64,000 nt of DNA from Candidatus Methanomethylicia archaeon (GTDB lineage Archaea; Thermoproteota; Methanomethylicia; Nezhaarchaeales; B40-G2). The first letter of the stretch is position 1. Every line of letters starts with the position of its first letter. Position numbers and translations under genes: made by a program. Location: NCBI GenBank assembly GCA_029259155.1, contig JAPDJI010000006.1, positions 1-64,000 on the forward strand. The letters are read 5' to 3'. The notes beneath the pieces are model-generated. The model searched no databases and was not told the DNA's origin. It saw nothing but the letters and a program-made list of their open reading frames with translations. This document shows, piece after piece, positions 28,973 through 38,069 of the stretch.

Positions 28973-29641
28973 ATGCTTGACGTTAAAAGATGTAGGAGAT
29001 GCGGTATTTATACCGAGCTTTCTGATCATTGCGGAGAGCCTTGCGACACGGTGTTAGAGGGAGGTATGAGGCTTAGGTTGAGTAGGTTTATGACTGCTCT
29101 ATTGAGGCATGCTGCTCCCAAGTATGGCTTGTCGCTTGATCCTGAAGGTTGGGTTAGCCTTGGCAAGCTCCTAGGCGTGATGAGGTCTAGGTATCCTTGG
29201 CTGCGTGCGGAGCACCTACTTGCCGTGGCCCATACCGACCCTAAGGGTAGGTTTGAGGTGAGGGAGGGATTGATCAGAGCAAGGTATGGTCATACCTTAC
29301 ATGTGGAGCTAAGCTACCCTGAAGACCTGGAAATTAAGTTGTTATATCATGGGACCACTTCATCCAAGGTCGGCACTATCCTACGTGAAGGCCTCAAGCC
29401 CATGAGGAGAAGGATGGTACACCTATCTCCTACCTTAGAGGATGCGTTAATCAACGCTTTAAGGTGGAGGCGAACACCATCAATCATAGTGGTGGATACT
29501 GATAAGCTTAGGAGTAGAGGTGTTAAGGTCTTCAGAGCCAGCCATAGAGTCTACTTGGCGAAATATGTGCCTCCCTCATGCATCGTCAAGGTAATAAAGG
29601 ACATTAAACCTTATACATTTGAGCGTAGTAGCTTATCCTAA
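28973..29641 (+). CDS. kptA: RNA 2'-phosphotransferase (Tpt1/KptA)
   Basis: LLRH, KGRFE, IRARYGH, LYHGT, GLKPMRRRMVHLS. Confidence 0.93.
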   Translation: MLDVKRCRRCGIYTELSDHCGEPCDTVLEGGMRLRLSRFMTALLRHAAPKYGLSLDPEGWVSLGKLLGVMRSRYPWLRAEHLLAVAHTDPKGRFEVREGLIRARYGHTLHVELSYPEDLEIKLLYHGTTSSKVGTILREGLKPMRRRMVHLSPTLEDALINALRWRRTPSIIVVDTDKLRSRGVKVFRASHRVYLAKYVPPSCIVKVIKDIKPYTFERSSLS

Positions 29642-29655
29642 GTAGGTGTTAGGAC

Positions 29656-29751
29656 ATGGCTAAGAAGAGGTTTTCTCGGATAGCAGGCTTAATGATAATG
29701 CTAATCCTGCTCCTCTCCATAGTAGCCTCCGCCATCCTCTTCATGATATAG
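29656..29751 (+). CDS. 31-aa single-TM microprotein, not in ORF track
   Basis: MAKKRFSRIAGLMIMLILLLSIVASAILFMI*, AGGTG RBS-like element upstream, fills the kptA-rps25e gap. Confidence 0.6.
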   Translation: MAKKRFSRIAGLMIMLILLLSIVASAILFMI

Positions 29752-29799
29752 AGTTGGCTTAATAAACCACCACGTAACTCTATCCCTGGGTCGACCTAT

Positions 29800-30150
29800 A
29801 TGGGAGGAACCAAGAAGAAGAGCCTAAGCCAATTGGAGAAGCAGCAACAGCTTAAGGAGAAGAGGGAAAGGGAAAAGGCGGAAAGGGAGAAGCGTAAGAG
29901 GGAGGAGAAGGCGGAGAGAGATAGAAGCGTACGCATGTTAATAGCCTCTGATGAACAGGTTAAAATCATAGAGCAGGAGGCGTTATCGAACGGTTACGTA
30001 ACTCCCTACACCGTGGCTTCACGGCTTAATGTGAGGATAAGCGTAGCTAAGCTTCTCTTAAGAGACGTTGCGGCTCGAGGCATCATAAAACCAGTATCTA
30101 AGAGTTCTAGGACAATAATCTATGCTCCAGTCTCCGCTGCAAGCAGCTAA
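29800..30150 (+). CDS. rps25e: 30S ribosomal protein S25e
   Basis: MGG.KKK...LEK.Q N-terminus; VTPYTVASRLNVRISVAK.LLR winged helix. Confidence 0.88.
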   Translation: MGGTKKKSLSQLEKQQQLKEKREREKAEREKRKREEKAERDRSVRMLIASDEQVKIIEQEALSNGYVTPYTVASRLNVRISVAKLLLRDVAARGIIKPVSKSSRTIIYAPVSAASS

Positions 30151-30265
30151 GAATACACTTAAACGTGAAGGCTGCGTGGTTATTATTGAAGGAATTAACT
30201 ATTCTGGTTTAATCGGGGATCGCGGGATTTTTAAATGGGTATAGGTCTAAAGGTTTGGTGTAATT

Positions 30266-30802
30266 TTGCTCGATCTGCTTAGTGAAACATTCGAGCCTAC
30301 AGGTGTTGGAAGCCTCCTCTTCTTGCTACTGCCTCTATTGATTTGTTGCTTAGCTTCAACCTTTCTACGTGGAGGCTCAGCTAGTCAAGCTCAAGCCACA
30401 ACAGCTTTAGAGGTCGATTCATGGTTTACCCCTAAGAACATCAATGACGCGTTCAATGAAGTATGTAAAGAAGTTGATAAATGGCGAGAACAATCTACAG
30501 CCTCAACCAGCGACAAAAAAGTGGTAGGACGTTTTCGGGTTTTACAATCCATCCCTCCAAGGCTTCATAGCGTATTTGATGAAAGAGAGGGTGAGATCAC
30601 GTTTGAGTTGACCAAGGTTGAAGGGGGCGGTACATCGGTTAGGGTGAAGTATAGCCCAACAGCTAGGCAGCGTATATACGCGTTTAGGGCACAATCTGAC
30701 GTTAAGGTTCCCTCGGCCTTAACGCTCAGTTGCCCTTCATGTGGTAGATCTGTTCTGAAAGACTATGAAGCGTGTCCTTATTGTGGAAGCAAGCTTAAGT
30801 GA
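30266..30802 (+). CDS. Membrane-anchored protein with C-terminal zinc ribbon
   Basis: N-terminal TM; CPSCG...CPYCG. Confidence 0.75.
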   Translation: MLDLLSETFEPTGVGSLLFLLLPLLICCLASTFLRGGSASQAQATTALEVDSWFTPKNINDAFNEVCKEVDKWREQSTASTSDKKVVGRFRVLQSIPPRLHSVFDEREGEITFELTKVEGGGTSVRVKYSPTARQRIYAFRAQSDVKVPSALTLSCPSCGRSVLKDYEACPYCGSKLK

Positions 30803-31263
30803 TACATATGGCTGCTTTAAACTTAGAGAAGCTCATTGCTCACCGCCACTGGGTAACGGTGAAGGTTGGCAGTAAGAGCATACGGGTTTGTGCCCGGTGT
30901 ACAGGCTGTATAGTAGGCTTTTTCTCACTCCTCTTTCTCACTTTACATGTCAATTTCGAGTTTTTCAGAGCTTTATCACCGTATCTACAACTCACTGTAT
31001 GTCTCCTTCTGGCGATGCCTGCAATGGTCGACTGGCTGACGCAGACCTACGGTTTAAGGAGCAGCACCAATAAATTAAGGATCATCACGGGATTCCTAGA
31101 AGGGATTAGTGTAGCCTTCCTATCCCTCGCTGCCATCCCCTTCATTATCAAGATGCTAACCTTGTTATCTATCGGTGGAGGAGCCTTCACTTTAGGTTTT
31201 CTTTTAAACTCCAAGTTTAATGGAGGGGAAAATGACACCGCGACTTCATTTAGTAGTCGCTGA
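30799..31263 (+). CDS. DUF2085 family membrane protein
   Basis: VCARCTG, P..VDWLTQ...R.STN.LR.ITG. Confidence 0.8.
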   Translation: MIHMAALNLEKLIAHRHWVTVKVGSKSIRVCARCTGCIVGFFSLLFLTLHVNFEFFRALSPYLQLTVCLLLAMPAMVDWLTQTYGLRSSTNKLRIITGFLEGISVAFLSLAAIPFIIKMLTLLSIGGGAFTLGFLLNSKFNGGENDTATSFSSR

Positions 31264-31295
31264 AGTTTTACCACGAAGCACTCAGTAAGGATTGG

Positions 31296-31850
31296 CTAGG
31301 TAAACTCTGCGAGCGATAATCCTCTCCTAACTTTAGGCAACTTCTCTGTGGCGTTAATTACCCCGCTAGGGGTTCTTTCGACGTAGCCTAGCTCTAACAG
31401 CTTCTTTAACACCTTGCCGGGGTCTTTTACGCCTAGAGCTTTAAGGTCGTCAAGGAACCTCAGCTCACCTACGCTCCAGTAATCGTTAAGGTAAGCTACC
31501 GCAACCTCTAAGTCCTCCTTCACCTCTTCGAGCGTAAGTGTGGCTGGTGTAACTGTCTTCGCTACGGTTATGCTCGGCATTGGTTCAGGGGGTGAAGTTT
31601 CAGTTTTTAACAGCTTAACCACGCTGGGAGCTGCTAATCCATCTAATCCCTCGACTACACGGTATCCTTGCGGGGCTTCAGCCACCCCTCTTGAAACCAT
31701 CTCGTTCAATATTACCGCTACTACAAGCATCGATCCCATGTCTTCGCGCTGAGCCCATTCAACGAGTTCTTCGAAGCTGGCTTCTCCACCTTTCTCCTCT
31801 ATGGCTTTACGGTAGCGTTCTAGGAGCTTCTCAAAGGCGTCTTCGCTCAA
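31296..31850 (-). CDS. Hypothetical protein with two winged-helix-like segments
   Basis: ASFEELVEWA...LNEMVSRG and YWSVGELRF...LLELGYVERTPSGVINAT. Confidence 0.65.
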   Translation of the reverse strand: MSEDAFEKLLERYRKAIEEKGGEASFEELVEWAQREDMGSMLVVAVILNEMVSRGVAEAPQGYRVVEGLDGLAAPSVVKLLKTETSPPEPMPSITVAKTVTPATLTLEEVKEDLEVAVAYLNDYWSVGELRFLDDLKALGVKDPGKVLKKLLELGYVERTPSGVINATEKLPKVRRGLSLAEFT

Positions 31851-31887
31851 AACAAGTCCTCCACTAGTCTCTCTGGAGACAGGAGGC

Positions 31888-32538
31888 TTAAACCTCCAAC
31901 GCCTCTTCTTTATCTACATTAACACTTTCGATGAGCTTAAGCCTCTCTGCTTGTAGCCTCTCAAACTTAGCTCTCCTCTCATACTTCTTTCGCCGACTCC
32001 TAGCTATAGTTACGAATATCCTCCTAGACTTCTCTCTATACTCTACTCTGAGCGTAACCTCCCTGTCCATCCACTCGTCTTTCATTAATATGTGTCTGAC
32101 CTTTTTTCGGTGGGGGAACCTGACTACCACTATAGGTATGGCTGTAAACCCCCTCGTCTGAAGTTGATGATACTTTGCGTGAAGCTTAGCGTAGTCTTCA
32201 GGTCGAACGTGGAAGATGTCTCTCCTAGATACCTTACATTCTAATAGCTTAACCTGAGGCGCCTTGTTGAAGACTAGGATATCGACGCCTCCAAAGCTAT
32301 GTTGGCTCTTAAAGACCACGCCTCCACGTTTAAACCTGTTATATAAGAACCTTTCAAAGCGCTCTCCATCAGGGTATATCTTCGACCTGTAAATGTAGCT
32401 CTTTAAAGTCTCTTCAAGCTTGTTTTTTGCTTCATCCACCCTGCCGTCCTCTAGAAGCTTTATGGCCTCTCCAAGCGCCCTATCGAAGCGATGATGGTAG
32501 AGCTTCACATCATCCGCCCCAGGGAGCCGGGTCAACAC
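31888..32538 (-). CDS. PD-(D/E)xK nuclease, Hjc-like
   Basis: GERFER...S..S.GGVDIL...LLECK catalytic pattern with N- and C-terminal helical extensions. Confidence 0.7.
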   Translation of the reverse strand: MLTRLPGADDVKLYHHRFDRALGEAIKLLEDGRVDEAKNKLEETLKSYIYRSKIYPDGERFERFLYNRFKRGGVVFKSQHSFGGVDILVFNKAPQVKLLECKVSRRDIFHVRPEDYAKLHAKYHQLQTRGFTAIPIVVVRFPHRKKVRHILMKDEWMDREVTLRVEYREKSRRIFVTIARSRRKKYERRAKFERLQAERLKLIESVNVDKEEALEV

Positions 32539-32574
32539 TATATTAGAGTGCCACTTAGCTTTACCGGTTAACAG

Positions 32575-33096
32575 GTGGTTGCCGTGTTAATAGGGTTGAT
32601 ATCAGATACACATGACAATATTCACGCGATCAAGGCAGCCGTATCCTTCTTCAACAGCGAAGGCGTCGACCTTGTCCTCCATGCAGGGGACTACGTAGCC
32701 CCCTTTACTGCTGAATTTTTCAAGGAATTGAAGTGTAGGCTCATAGGCGTGTATGGTAATGTCGATGGAGATCGGGAGCTGTTGAAGGAGCGCTATATTA
32801 ACATCGGGGCTGAGATCAAGGGGTTTATGGCTGTGCTTGACCTGTCAGGAATTAAGGTGGCCCTAATACATGGCTCACCTATGGAGCTTGTGAATGCTTT
32901 AGCTAAATGTGGAGAATACGACGTGGTGGTACATGGCCACACCCATAGAGCCCGCTGTGAAAAACTCGGTGTAACACTTGTCGTTAATCCAGGCGAGGCT
33001 TGCGGCTATTTAACTGGAAAGGGGACCATAGCGTTGTTAGAGCTGCCAGAGCTAAAGGTCAACCACGTAGTTCTACACGAACTAAATAAAAACTAG
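32575..33096 (+). CDS. Metallophosphoesterase (YfcE/MJ0936 family)
   Basis: SDTHDN, HAGD, GNVD, HGHTH, NPGE. Confidence 0.92.
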   Translation: MVAVLIGLISDTHDNIHAIKAAVSFFNSEGVDLVLHAGDYVAPFTAEFFKELKCRLIGVYGNVDGDRELLKERYINIGAEIKGFMAVLDLSGIKVALIHGSPMELVNALAKCGEYDVVVHGHTHRARCEKLGVTLVVNPGEACGYLTGKGTIALLELPELKVNHVVLHELNKN

Positions 33097-33104
33097 TTAA
33101 ATAT

Positions 33105-33761
33105 TCACTGCTCACTACTTACTAAGGCTTCCAAGTCCTTTATGGCTTTTTCAGCCTCCTCGACATTTACTCCTCTCCCAGCTCCAACGAGGCCCGGCAA
33201 CCCTCCAGCTACAGCTTCCTCTACGGTGTCGGCGGAAGGTATCTTGCCTTTAATCGCCACTGGTCTAGGTTCGAGGACAGCTCCTCTCACCGCTATTACG
33301 TCTTCTAGCGGTGTGGCAGCTATCATACCTACCACTTTATCTTCTAATTTAACTCTAAACACGTGGTCCCCTATGGTGGTAGTAGCTACCTTCTCTACTT
33401 TATAGGCGAGGCGCTTGGCTAAAGCCTCCTCCACTTCTGCTAAGGTTTTCTCTACGTGTTTCGCTACTTCTTCATCTGGTACACGTTTGAAGTATTCTAT
33501 TTTCAAGGTGTTCAGCTTGAACCTGATCTTGCCATCCACGACCTCGTAATCCACCCTGGCCCTCACTACATCACCTTTATCCGACTCCAGCTTGTCTACG
33601 ATGATCCTGTAAAGTACTTGATTAAGCTCAGCAGCAGCCCTAGCTATTTCTTTAGAGTCCACCTCTCCCTTAGCGACTGCTTCTCGTAGCTGGGCAAAGA
33701 GGGTTTTCTTGATCTTGTTGGCGTAAGCCCCTGCAATTATGAAGCCTGTACTTAGCTGCAA
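33105..33761 (-). CDS. ThermoDBP-related (DUF2258) single-stranded nucleic-acid-binding protein
   Basis: LSTG.IIAGAYA.K...TLFAQ...AELN..LY.....K.DVVR..VDY. Confidence 0.82.
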   Translation of the reverse strand: MQLSTGFIIAGAYANKIKKTLFAQLREAVAKGEVDSKEIARAAAELNQVLYRIIVDKLESDKGDVVRARVDYEVVDGKIRFKLNTLKIEYFKRVPDEEVAKHVEKTLAEVEEALAKRLAYKVEKVATTTIGDHVFRVKLEDKVVGMIAATPLEDVIAVRGAVLEPRPVAIKGKIPSADTVEEAVAGGLPGLVGAGRGVNVEEAEKAIKDLEALVSSEQ

Positions 33762-33836
33762 GTCTTTTCACCTCTCCTCTTTTTAATGAATAGGGGGATA
33801 AGGCTTTTAAGGTTGATAGTGATGCTGCTGCTGGCT

Positions 33837-34865
33837 TTAAAGCGCCTTTGTCTTAACTTTCTTCTTCACTCTTTTGGTAGCTTCAACCATTACTTTCAGC
33901 TTGGCTATGGCTATGAGGTGGCCTACATCGTCTTTGAAGTATGACTTAAGCCCCCCAAACCCACAGTCAGGGTGTATGAGAAGCCGGTCGTATCCGTATA
34001 TTTCTCCAGCCTTATCGATGAAGGCTTCCACTTCATCTACGCTCTCAACCGCCTCGCTCCAGGCTTTACGTCCGGCAGCTACGTCCAACATTAACTGAGG
34101 GTCTGGATTTGAATCTACGCATCCTAGCCCTAAGATCTTATCATAACCCTCCAGTTTTTTCCTATCATAAGCTTCGAGGTTTTGCGGAGTTGCCTTAAAC
34201 GCATGGCTAAGTACTGGGAAACCTGACCTTAACAGTAGGTCGGCCACAGGCTGGGCGTCGCCACAGCAGTGAAGGGACGGAATGGCTCTTGAGAAGGCTT
34301 TCACCACTTTATCCAACGCCTCTAATATGACGTCCTCCTTCAAGCCAGCGTAGAGAGCATAAGGCAGGACAGGCTCGTCTATGGTTATAATCCTGGCCCC
34401 CCCTTCATCATATCCCTTAACTATAGAGGCAACGACGTCTGCTAAAGCCAATACCACGTCTGGGTACTCCACAGCTCTATGTTCCTTCGTGACCTTAATC
34501 ACTGACGCTAACGTAACTGGGCCTGTAACCGGAACTTTTAGGCCTATCACTTTCCCCATCATCCCGCTCTTGGAGAGGTGCTCCATCGCTAAGTCGAGGT
34601 ACTCTAAGCCAATAGGCTTAGCTGGAGTTTTAGGTTCTCCTACAAGCCAAACTTCACCTTCCCTTATCTCTACTCCACAACCCTGCTCAGCTAGTGGCTC
34701 GAGGAACATAAGGTTCATGTCGAGGAGTTGGCCGTAACATGGATAATCTATCCCTGCCTCTACCTGATCTCTCAAGGCTCGAGCCATGTTTTCGTAGGAG
34801 TGAGGTAGAGGAAAGCTCCCTATCACTGTGGTTCTAAGCTTCCCGTAAAGCTCCTCCACCTTCAA
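33837..34865 (-). CDS. Core (MetE C-terminal-like / MesA-type) methionine synthase
   Basis: TTVIGSFP, DQVEAGID, TGPVTLA, IDEP, HCCG, PDCGF; single-barrel length. Confidence 0.82.
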   Translation of the reverse strand: MKVEELYGKLRTTVIGSFPLPHSYENMARALRDQVEAGIDYPCYGQLLDMNLMFLEPLAEQGCGVEIREGEVWLVGEPKTPAKPIGLEYLDLAMEHLSKSGMMGKVIGLKVPVTGPVTLASVIKVTKEHRAVEYPDVVLALADVVASIVKGYDEGGARIITIDEPVLPYALYAGLKEDVILEALDKVVKAFSRAIPSLHCCGDAQPVADLLLRSGFPVLSHAFKATPQNLEAYDRKKLEGYDKILGLGCVDSNPDPQLMLDVAAGRKAWSEAVESVDEVEAFIDKAGEIYGYDRLLIHPDCGFGGLKSYFKDDVGHLIAIAKLKVMVEATKRVKKKVKTKAL

Positions 34866-35449
34866 CTCTCTACCCCTGCGATGTCTGCTATAGCTCTAAG
34901 CAACTTAGCTTTGCAGACCTCGCAGAACTCCGAGGTCTTATAATCGGTGTCAGCTATGGTGTTACTGAACCTCATCACGCAGGTTGGGTTATGGCAATGG
35001 TTTAGCCCCAGCGTATGTCCAAGCTCGTGTACAGCTTCCTTCAAGGCTCTCTCCATAAATAACTCCTCATCAACTCCTCCATACAGGCTTGCTTTGAGCC
35101 TAGCTAGGTATATGACGGCGTAGTTTCCCCTTACCTCGGCCTCACCGAAGACAAAGTTTAAGCCAGGGACGTAGGCATCTACATCAGCTACTCCTAGCAC
35201 CTTTACGTCCGGCGGCTTAGGGCCGTGAAGCTCCTTTAACGCTTTCATTATCGCCGGTGATAGGTATTGGTGTCTCCACTCATCGAAAGCCCATGCAGGT
35301 AGGTCGAGAACTTCCTCAGCCACCACGCAGGCGGAGCTCGGTATCCTTACTTCCACTCCTCTACTTAGGTAATCGAGGACTTCCTTGTTTATCTTGCCTA
35401 TGGGTTGAAGAAACACCGTTATCCAAGCAGCTTTCACACCCCTGAGCAT
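34862..35449 (-). CDS. amzA: Archaemetzincin zinc metalloprotease
   Basis: HELGHTLGLNHC..P.CVM.FSN...D.K...C..C. Confidence 0.92.
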   Translation of the reverse strand: MLRGVKAAWITVFLQPIGKINKEVLDYLSRGVEVRIPSSACVVAEEVLDLPAWAFDEWRHQYLSPAIMKALKELHGPKPPDVKVLGVADVDAYVPGLNFVFGEAEVRGNYAVIYLARLKASLYGGVDEELFMERALKEAVHELGHTLGLNHCHNPTCVMRFSNTIADTDYKTSEFCEVCKAKLLRAIADIAGVES

Positions 35450-35453
35450 CTTT

Positions 35454-36542
35454 TTACCTCCAAACTCCAGGCCAGTAAGGCGATAGCAGCCGCTTCACCG
35501 TGTTGATGGTATCGTCTACGCGGTTTAGCACCCATTTATCCTCAAGTATAACGTCGTCCTTCACGCTCACCTCTTCTACTCCTGCCAGCACGGCGGTGGC
35601 CAAGTAAAATGCCCTAGCCGCTGCTTCAACGTCATATCCGCCAGCGAGCTCTATCATTACGCGGCCCTCACATATTTCATCGCTCGCTGAAGCTATTAAT
35701 CTTGCTACTTCGATGTAACAGCTCATGGTTAGGTCGAGGGAGGTCAAGGGATCGCTGTAGTAGGTATCTGCGCCTAGAAGGAGAAACAACATGTCAGGTT
35801 TAAACGCCTTAAATAAGGGTAGGAAGAGCTCTTTGAGGGCTTTCAAGTATGCTTGGTTAGAGGTCCCTGGAGGTAAAGGTATGTTTACCGTGAAGCCTCT
35901 ACCCTCGCCTTCACCTATCTCCTCAGCTCTGCCCGTGCCTGGATAGAGGGTTCTTGGGTCTTGGTGAAGCGACATGTAGAGCACAGAAGGGTCTTCATAG
36001 AAGATCTCATGGATGCCGTTGCCGTGATGAGCATCGCAGTCGAGGACGAATACCTTTGAGGCCAAGCCTTTACGTTGAACATACCTTATAGCTACAGCCT
36101 CCTGATTAAAATAACAAAATCCGAAGGATTTACCTACGTGGCTTCTCGTAGCGTGGTGGCCACCAAACATCGCGCACTGGACCGCTACGTTAAGCTCGCC
36201 CTTCAACACCATCTCGCACCCCTGCATTACCCCGCCTGTCTGTATCAAAGCCCTCTCGTAGGTTCCTGGAGGCACGGGAGTATCTCCATCAAGCCATCCA
36301 CCTCTAACGCTAAGGAACTTTATGGCATCCAGCAACGACCTATCATGAACAGCTAGAAGGTTCTCCTCCGTCGCTACTAAGCTAGTCTCCACCACCCTCA
36401 CGTTTGGTCGTTCAAGTATTCTGTTCTCCCTAAGGAGTTTCATGTATGCTTCATGGCGCTCCCTACCCTTAAAGGGATGTAGCTCCCCGAAACTATGTTG
36501 AAGCAGCTCCTCTCTATGGAGAATGCCAAGCCTCCGTTTCAT
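35454..36542 (-). CDS. Histone deacetylase family (AcuC-like) protein
   Basis: GGHHA, GFCYFN, DCDAHHGNG, YPGTG, GADT..DPL, GGY. Confidence 0.92.
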   Translation of the reverse strand: MKRRLGILHREELLQHSFGELHPFKGRERHEAYMKLLRENRILERPNVRVVETSLVATEENLLAVHDRSLLDAIKFLSVRGGWLDGDTPVPPGTYERALIQTGGVMQGCEMVLKGELNVAVQCAMFGGHHATRSHVGKSFGFCYFNQEAVAIRYVQRKGLASKVFVLDCDAHHGNGIHEIFYEDPSVLYMSLHQDPRTLYPGTGRAEEIGEGEGRGFTVNIPLPPGTSNQAYLKALKELFLPLFKAFKPDMLFLLLGADTYYSDPLTSLDLTMSCYIEVARLIASASDEICEGRVMIELAGGYDVEAAARAFYLATAVLAGVEEVSVKDDVILEDKWVLNRVDDTINTVKRLLSPYWPGVWR

Positions 36543-36671
36543 CGACGCTCACAACCCACCTAGACTACGCTCAATTTAAGCCTTAGTAGTGGTGAAGGCT
36601 AAAGCTTTCTAGCTTGCCTAGGAAGAGGTTAAAAGTACGCTGTTCTCGCATAAAGCTGCAAGGGTCCCAAA

Positions 36672-37100
36672 GATACGTACACGTATCCGTTAAGGGTGAC
36701 TGACGTATCGATGAATTGATGGATTGAAAGATACATGTAACGCAACCGCATAGGAGAGCGAAAAACGGAAACCAGGCCCATAACCCATTAAGGAGAAAAA
36801 AATTCTCCTTAGCGATTGGTTAGACCGCTCTAAACGACCTGTTCAGATCGTTTTCAAGACAGCCTTTCCACCAGCCGACCATATAAGGTCTAGCTCTCTA
36901 ATAACCTACCCGGTTATGGCCAAAAACGTGAATGGCATTTATTCTTCCCTAGTATAGAAACGTTCCTTCAGAATTTATACTAGAATATAAGTTTCTATGT
37001 ATAATTTTTCATGTAATTATGGAACCATAATCCCCCCACTCTGGTGTAAACTATTCTGCCTTTTTCCTTAGAGTGTTATAGTCTATTGAGCGGTCTGGAA
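36672..37100. promoter_or_regulatory. AT-rich, inverted-repeat-dense non-coding region
   Basis: Dyads at 36672-36687, 36789-36811, 36832-36853, 36877-36890, 36901-36917, 36949-36983, 37016-37031, plus long-range AGACCGCTC (36822-36830) / GAGCGGTCT (37088-37096). Confidence 0.5.
36705..36730 (+). repeat. Solitary CRISPR-repeat-like sequence GTATCGATGAATTGATGGATTGAAAG
   Basis: 26 nt, ends in the archaeal repeat 3' motif ATTGAAAG, internal dyad ATCGAT-GA-ATTGAT; only one copy seen. Confidence 0.35.
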
Positions 37101-37257
37101 ACCTTGAAGAGGGATCGCCATGAACTTAAGCTTCAAGCCGGAGGAGGTTTTGTACAATGAGGTCGTCGAGTTAATGGTGAGTGGGGATTTAACTGGCTTC
37201 TAGGAGGACGTTAAAGCTTATTAATTTAGAACTTCATTCTATCGAAGGGTCACAAGC

Positions 37258-38040
37258 TTGTTAAAGGCCCTACTCAAACTACTACGGATTTACCCACTGT
37301 ATGAGAAGTGGCTATGGCATCAGGTTAAAGGTAAACCTATACCTCAACACATAGGAGTTATCCTGGATGGCAACCGTAGGTGGGCTCAGAACAGGCTATA
37401 CAAGCCGTGGCTAGGCCACTTTTACGGTGCCGATAAGGCAGAGGAGCTCTTAGACTGGTGTTTGAAGCTGGGTGTGAAGACATTAACGCTCTACGCTTTT
37501 TCAACCGAGAACTTCGAGAGGCCTCCTAATGAGGTGGAGGCTATCTTCAAGGTGATAGAGGAGAAGCTGCTTAAACTGACGGATGATCCTAGGATCTATA
37601 GACATAAAGTAAAGGTTAAACTGCTTGGGAGGCGCGACCTCCTACCACCTAACCTTAGGAGGCTTTTCGAGGAAGTTGAACGTAAAACCGAAAACTTTGA
37701 CCAACACTTCCTCAACATAGCTGTAGCCTATGGAGGGAGAGCTGAGATAGCTGACGCTGTCAAACGTATAGCTGAGGCAGTGGCGCGAGGAGAGATTGCG
37801 CCTGAGGAGGTGGACGAGGAGCTCATAGAACGCCACCTATACACGGCACATCTGCCCAACCCACACCCAGACCTTATCATAAGGACATCGGGTGAGGAGC
37901 GGCTTAGCGGCTTTCTCCTATGGCAGTCAGCGTACAGTGAACTATGTTTTCTCGATGTCTACTGGCCGGAGTTTAGGAAGATAGACCTCCTTAGAGCAAT
38001 AAGGGTATATCAGTCTAGGCAACGGAGATTTGGACGCTGA
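37258..38040 (+). CDS. uppS: Polyprenyl diphosphate synthase (cis-prenyltransferase)
   Basis: HIGVILDGNRRWA, YAFSTENFER, YGGRAEI, PDLIIRTSGEERLSGFLLWQSAYSE. Confidence 0.95.
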   Translation: MLKALLKLLRIYPLYEKWLWHQVKGKPIPQHIGVILDGNRRWAQNRLYKPWLGHFYGADKAEELLDWCLKLGVKTLTLYAFSTENFERPPNEVEAIFKVIEEKLLKLTDDPRIYRHKVKVKLLGRRDLLPPNLRRLFEEVERKTENFDQHFLNIAVAYGGRAEIADAVKRIAEAVARGEIAPEEVDEELIERHLYTAHLPNPHPDLIIRTSGEERLSGFLLWQSAYSELCFLDVYWPEFRKIDLLRAIRVYQSRQRRFGR

Positions 38041-38069
38041 GAAAGCCTCAGATTCGGCCCTGACCATAC

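Noticed and set aside
37090-37105. ORB-like motif (TCTGGAAAC) implying a Cdc6-dependent origin
   Set aside because: Only one partial match and no cdc6/orc1 gene nearby; kept only as one alternative for the palindromic region
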